A stretch of 55,492 bases of DNA, the filler included, from Squatina squatina (lineage: Eukaryota): assembly GCA_031763465.1 (NCBI GenBank). It is 3 parts of 3 records of this genome, joined end to end, with 100 filler letters (N's around TTAATTAATTAA, not from the genome) between each part and the next. Parts side by side here need not be neighbours in the genome. Positions count along the whole stretch, not along the records: positions 41,290 to 55,492 come from JARFOE010000100.1; 2 more parts are not named here. One strand, written 5' to 3'. Within the stretch, counting starts at the first letter, position 1, and each line of letters begins with the position of its first letter. Shown one piece after another: positions 49,925-55,492 of this stretch. Under the pieces are notes generated by a model. The model was not told the DNA's origin and ran no database searches. It worked only from the letters and a program-made list of their open reading frames with translations. Both the position numbers and the translations under genes were made by a program.

Positions 49925-50087
49925 CATAAGAACATAAGAAATTGGATTAGCAGCAGGCCTCTCGAGCCTGCTCTGCCATTTACTAAGCTCATAGCTGAAC
50001 TTCTACATCAACTCCACTTTCCCGCATGATCCCCACATCCCTTGATTCCCTTTGTGCCTAAAAATCTATCAATCGCAGTTGTGAATA
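49925..50087 (-). mobile_element. CR1 3' terminus
   Basis: CATAAGAACATAAGAAA tail repeat followed by CTCGAGCCTGCTCTGCCATT...CCCTTGATTCCC. Confidence 0.8.
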
Positions 50088-51302
50088 NNNNNNNNNNNNN
50101 NNNNNNNNNNNNNNNNNNNNNNNNNNNNNNNNNNNNNNNNNNNNNNNNNNNNNNNNNNNNNNNNNNNNNNNNNNNNNNNNNNNNNNNTTTCTGAACCCAG
50201 GAATTTCTGAAATATGAAGAAGGGGAAATATTAAACAGTTACAAGTCGTGTTTTATAGGTTATTCTGCTGTCTTGGCTGTAGCCCCATTTATTTCTTACC
50301 AGAATGACAACAGGCTGATTATTTATAGGCCATAGCAGCTCAAAAGCCATTGACACAAACGCCAAAGACTTTAGATGGGTTTAATTGAACACCTTGCTTT
50401 CAATTTCTATTTTTAGTTTTCCGATTTCTTTTTATTCTCAGTTGGTTTAAGCTTCCTGCCTCTGCTTCACTGGAGCTTGATGAAAGGTCATTTAAATTGA
50501 TTTCATTTGATCTCTTTCATCTCTGTTGCCTGGGTGGTGGATTGTAGAATCGTTAAATTGTAGTTGTCAGCACTTGGAGACAGTGGAGATTTGAAGAGGT
50601 ACAACCAACAGCAATTGCTGGTAAGAACAAAAAAAATGACGAGATGACAATCATGCAAATGAAGTGACCTTGTTCAGAGGAAGCAATTGTGACAGTTTGC
50701 ATTTGGGGAATCAAATATGGTGCAAGTTCNNNNNNNNNNNNNNNNNNNNNNNNNNNNNNNNNNNNNNNNNNNNNNNNNNNNNNNNNNNNNNNNNNNNNNN
50801 NNNNNNNNNNNNNNNNNNNNNNNNNNNNNAATTTACAGTGCTGCAAATGAATGGCGTGTGAACAGCTGTAGCATAAATGGAACACAAAGTTACTGGTAAA
50901 GTTACAGCACCTCAAACGGATTATAACCTTGATTTGATTACACCTTCCATGTGGTTAACCATTGGCAATTACGAGTGGGGTGAGAAAGCACTCAGGACTG
51001 CTTTACATCTGTACATCGTAATGCTTGTCATGCCTTGGAACAAATGGGCTTCATAATTTACTAAACAATTCTCTCTAACTTAACTGCAGTTCTTCTGAGA
51101 GAAGAAACATCTGCTACATCTCTGTGCCAGAATGAAGGTTTCCTACATTTGTTTACTATTCTACTTGTAATGGTTTTTCACTATTTATCTAATGACGATT
51201 CAATGCAAATGTTTCTCAGGAGAATCATTTCCCAATCAGATGGTGCTACCACATCATAATACTGAAAACTAAAGACTATTCACTGCAACAGGNNNNNNNN
51301 NN

Positions 51303-51650
51303 TCTCCAAAATTCTATAGATTCTGGAATGGTTCCTGCAGATTGAAGGGTGGCTAATGTAGCCCCACGATTTAACAAAGGAGGGAGAGAGAAAACAGAAC
51401 GACATAACCGGTTAGCCTAACATCAGTAGCAGGGAAAATGCTCGAATCTATTATAAAGGATGTGATAACAGGACCGTTAGAAAATAATAATATAATTGGG
51501 CAAAGTCAACATGGATTTATGAAAGGGAAATCATGTTTCGCAAATCTATTAGAGTTCTTTGAGGATCTAACTAGTAGAATAGAACCAGTGGATGTGGTGT
51601 ATTTGGATTTTCAGAAGGCTTTCGATAAGGTTCCACACAGGAGGTTGGTG
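51303..51650 (+). mobile_element. CR1 LINE reverse transcriptase N-terminal fragment
   Basis: MLESIIKD...QSQHGFMKGKSCFANLLEFFE...VDVVYLDFQKAFDKVPHRRL. Confidence 0.95.
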
Positions 51651-51789
51651 NNNNNNNNNNNNNNNNNNNNNNNNNNNNNNNNNNNNNNNNNNNNNNNNNN
51701 NNNNNNNNNNNNNNNNNNNNNNNNNNNNNNNNNNNNNNNNNNNNNNNNNNTGAAATTACTTGGGACCCGATTCCAGTAGTAAAAAATAA

Positions 51790-52088
51790 ATACTTTCATT
51801 TATAAAGCACCTTTCCTAACCTCAGAACGTCCCAAAGCACTTTCTAGCCAATGAAGTACTTTTTGAAGTTTATCACTACTGTAACAACCAATTTGTGCAC
51901 AGCAAGCTCCCACAAACAGCAATGTGATAATAACCAGATAATCTGTTTTTAGTGGTGTTGGTTGAGGGATAAATATGGGCCAGGACACCGGGGAGAACTC
52001 CCTTGCTCTTCTTCAAATAGTGCCACGGGATCTGTTACATCCACCAAAGAGAGCAGACGGGGCCTCGATTTAACGTCTCATCTGAAAA
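51790..52088 (-). mobile_element. Deu-domain SINE (SacSINE1-like), 3' portion
   Basis: Reverse complement of 34880-35190 (GTTGAGGGATAAAT...GGAGAACTCCC...TTTAACGTCTCATCTGAAA). Confidence 0.85.
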
Positions 52089-53934
52089 ATCAGGTTACAC
52101 CAGGATTGCATCAACTGATGCTCCCCAGTGGTGGCCACGCTGGAGTTTGTAGGACTTGTTTGTGTTGAACAAGAGCACCTTCTAAGATCATGTTACAGAA
52201 CACGTAGCAGTTTCAATTTATGTTTGGAAGGCAATTAAGCCAAGTTATAAATATTAATTATTTAGGGGTGCACTGCATTAAACAAAATTTAATTATTTAA
52301 TAACTAATCTCCAACCATTCTCACCTCAAGCGCCTTCAGGGAAATCTGTAAGTGCAAATTTGAAAAATAGCCTTATTTAATTTTTGACAAATGATGACAG
52401 CTTCGATGGAAAGTAAAATTAGGCAGGGTGTCAATCGAGCAGCCGAACCGAACCGATCCCACCCATTTCCTGCCAGGCGGGTTAGGTTAAAATGACCCCT
52501 TTTATTAATTCATCAGAATTTCCAACCAATGGACATGGTTAGATCATTATATTGTCAATGAATCCCAGTGGAAAGTGGCTTTAAAGACGGCCAATTGTGA
52601 TTGGCATAATCAGAATTTTGTTTGAACACCATTTTCTTGTGGGAAATCCCCAGTGAAATAACTGTTCGCCTGATGCCCAAGCCTCTCTTTATCTCACTGG
52701 GTCATTTTCAACTCAGGAAATAAAAAATGAACATCTCTCCATAAAGATACCTGCAAATCCTTCATCTTCAATACATCACACTCACCTCATAAATGTGCTG
52801 TAGTTCAGTAAATGATCAGTAATATAAAAATCAACAATACCATAAAAGGGATGACAGAATGTTTCTTTAAATCAAGGAGGCTACATTTCACACTTGAACA
52901 TGTTTCATTATTTTATATTTGCTCATACAACAAACCTATTGTGGTCATAAATTACCCTCACTTCTCCTATATCTGCTTTATTTGTCAGTCTTAAGCTGTT
53001 AACTCGAATTCTCCGATGTCGAAAAAAATGATCCCCATCCTGTGTTTTTCCTGACAGCACTCTTGGGTGCCATTACAATATTCAAATATTGCTGTATAAC
53101 ACATTATATGGAATAACATAGCAAATGGACAAAATTAAGAATAATGCTTTAATAATGTGTAAAGAAAGAGGATGGATTGCAGCTCCAAAATACAGGAATA
53201 AAGATCGTTCCCTGGGGACAAATTAATATATAGTTTCAATCTGCTTTGCTGTACAGTAATAGTTGGTGTATACACTGCACTATTGCAATCTAGCTCCATT
53301 CTTCATACTTGAAAAAAGATTGATTTTATGTAATGCTAGCACTACAGAAGTTATTTTTGCATTTTCGCCAATATTAACAGTTAAACATGTTTTTTTTTAA
53401 CAACTTTCCAATTACTTGATTATTTTGACTTGATTACATGGAATAACAGCGACTAATGCTATTGAGTGCCCAGGAAAAAGATATGGGAACATAAGAAACA
53501 ACAGAGAATGTTGATTAACCACATCAGAATTCTTTTAATGCAGAGTATTTCCAGTACCCTACTCCAAAATCAGGCTGTTTCTATAAAGTGCAACAAATCC
53601 GTATAGCCAGTTTTGCCCTTGGGCAGCAAGTTCAAAATCCATCCCAATATGATACTGCCTATCTGTGTAAAGTTCGCTAGCAAATTGACTATTGATATCA
53701 CTAGAGTAAAATGAGGCAAGTTCAAGGGGTGGTAAAATGTAGGCTTGGTTCCCAACCTCAGTCACTCAGTTGTGCGGAAATGCTGAATAGAGGTCAGGTT
53801 CTCACTGGGTGATGGGGGGAGAGGACATTTCAAATCCGAGTCTTCGTCTGATGACCAGCCATATGGTGACTCTCACAGTGGAGTGGAAGTTGCCCATTTA
53901 TCTCACCTTGTTGACCACAGTTGGCTGAAGAGAC

Positions 53935-54102
53935 AATAGAAACATGGAAACATAGAAACATGGAAAATAGGAGCAGGAGTAGGCCATTTGGCCCTTCGAG
54001 CCAGCTCCGCCATTCAATATGATCATGGCTGATCATCTAAATTCAGTACCCTGTTCCTGCTTTCTCCCCATATCCCTTGATCCCTTTAGCAATAAGAACT
54101 AT
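53935..54102 (-). mobile_element. Young-looking CR1 3' terminus with (CATAGAAA)n tail
   Basis: ATAGAAACATGGAAACATAGAAACATGGAAAATAGGAGCAGGAGTAGGCCATTTGGCCCTTCGAGCC... Confidence 0.85.
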
Positions 54103-55492
54103 NNNNNNNNNNNNNNNNNNNNNNNNNNNNNNNNNNNNNNNNNNNNNNNNNNNNNNNNNNNNNNNNNNNNNNNNNNNNNNNNNNNNNNNNNNNNNNNNNN
54201 NNGGCAAGAGCTGAACAGTTTTTATTGGCAGGCTTATCGGCGAATCACTAAATAGGGGGGAGATCACTTTCACAGATCTCTCCCAGGCTGGGAACATAGA
54301 AAAAAGGACAAATTGGTATTACGGCAGTCAGATATTATGCAAGAGACCTGGGGCCTGGGGTAGTACAGGAAGCCACAACACATGAGGTCAGTTCATGCAG
54401 TTGAATGTAATCAAGAAACAAGTTAATGCCAGAAAAGGTAAGTCAGCCCACAAAGGGGCCTTTTGTTCATTTTTCTCCCCCATTTTTTGAGGAAAGTAGT
54501 AAAATTTAATTAATAAAGTGGAATTTGCTTTTACTGGTATTCTATGTTCATCTGCTGTCTGTGAAATAAAGCAGCTTAACAAATTGCTTCTGGTCTTGTC
54601 TCAACAAATGTTTCTCAGTCTGCCTGCAAAAAGATTGCAGAAGTGCATGTGAGGGCATGTGCAAAAGGCATGGCTGTGTTCTACTGTTACGCTCCTGGTT
54701 TACAGTACTGCATAATTAGATATTGGGCAGTATGTACACAACCTCCTGAACGCAAGATGCGCAGACCACTTATGGGAGTGACCATTACGGCTGTACCTGA
54801 GTGAATAACTAAGGCAGACCCAAAAACTTGCAACACAAAGGTTAAACTCCTGATTTCAGTATACTTTGGCTAAGCTTCAAAACCTTGGATTTAAAATGAG
54901 AGAAGCTTATTGAAAGCAAAATCTGGTGGCACTAATGGCCTCAAGAGATATGTATTTGGCACTGGTTGAAGCATCTTAGCACTTCATTAAAATTAACTTA
55001 CATCTTCCATTATTAAAACAAGCCAGACAGAATGCAATAAAGTCGGCAGTATTGGTACACTATTAAAATGCTGCTTGAAATGTTTAGGTGCTGCCATATT
55101 TGATGTTTATGCTTTGTGTCATGTTCATGCAGTGGGAGACATGTCACTTGAGGGTTATTGTGACTGACTGTAGAATGCAAAATGCTTTCTGAACCTTCTT
55201 GATAAATGATGCAGCAGATTAAACTAATACCAGCTCTTAATAGGAAAGCTTCAGTTGTTCAAGAAAATGGTTACAATATTAAAATGTGATGTTAATATCC
55301 TATACAGACCTGTTTTTTTTCAACTAGAGATAAGTGAAATTAAAATGTCAACCTTAATTACATTCAGCACAATCTTAAAACAAATAAGTAAAATCCCGGG
55401 ATTAAAGGTCTACATTTGTTATATCAGGGAGAAAAAAGCGAGAATAGCTCAAACCCGCATTATAGTTTGTGCTGGGGCGTTACAGCCCTTCT

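Noticed and set aside
54286-54443. Perfect donor AAG|GTAAGT with an upstream CAG acceptor
   Set aside because: All three frames are closed and there is no supporting homology.

Overview
Vertebrate genomic DNA, almost certainly a cartilaginous fish (shark/ray), judged from its repeats: CR1 LINEs with ...CTATGTTTCTATG-type tails, Deu-domain SacSINE1-like SINEs, an LF-SINE-like copy, L2, PIF/Harbinger and hAT relics. It comes from a fragmented draft assembly. Two synthetic 44N-TTAATTAATTAA-44N linkers show that the window is three concatenated scaffolds (1-24705, 24806-41189, 41290-55492), so adjacency across them is not biological. Two genes are recognisable, both on the minus strand: the terminal coding exon and 3'UTR of ZSWIM6 (24122-23321), and a two-exon GDF7 (27316-26992, 26325-25484). 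The most notable observation is that GDF7 is intact up to ...ILYIDS, then hits TAG and runs into an old, decayed CR1. It lacks the last ~20 residues, including the terminal C-x-C of the cystine knot, so it is either a recent deletion/truncation allele or a misassembly. The third scaffold is mostly non-coding, with blocks resembling conserved enhancers and one unassigned candidate symmetric exon. There are no prokaryotic features (no CRISPR, rRNA or tRNA genes), and I found no convincing novel multi-gene system. Family assignments come from recalled sequences, not database searches, and repeat boundaries are approximate.
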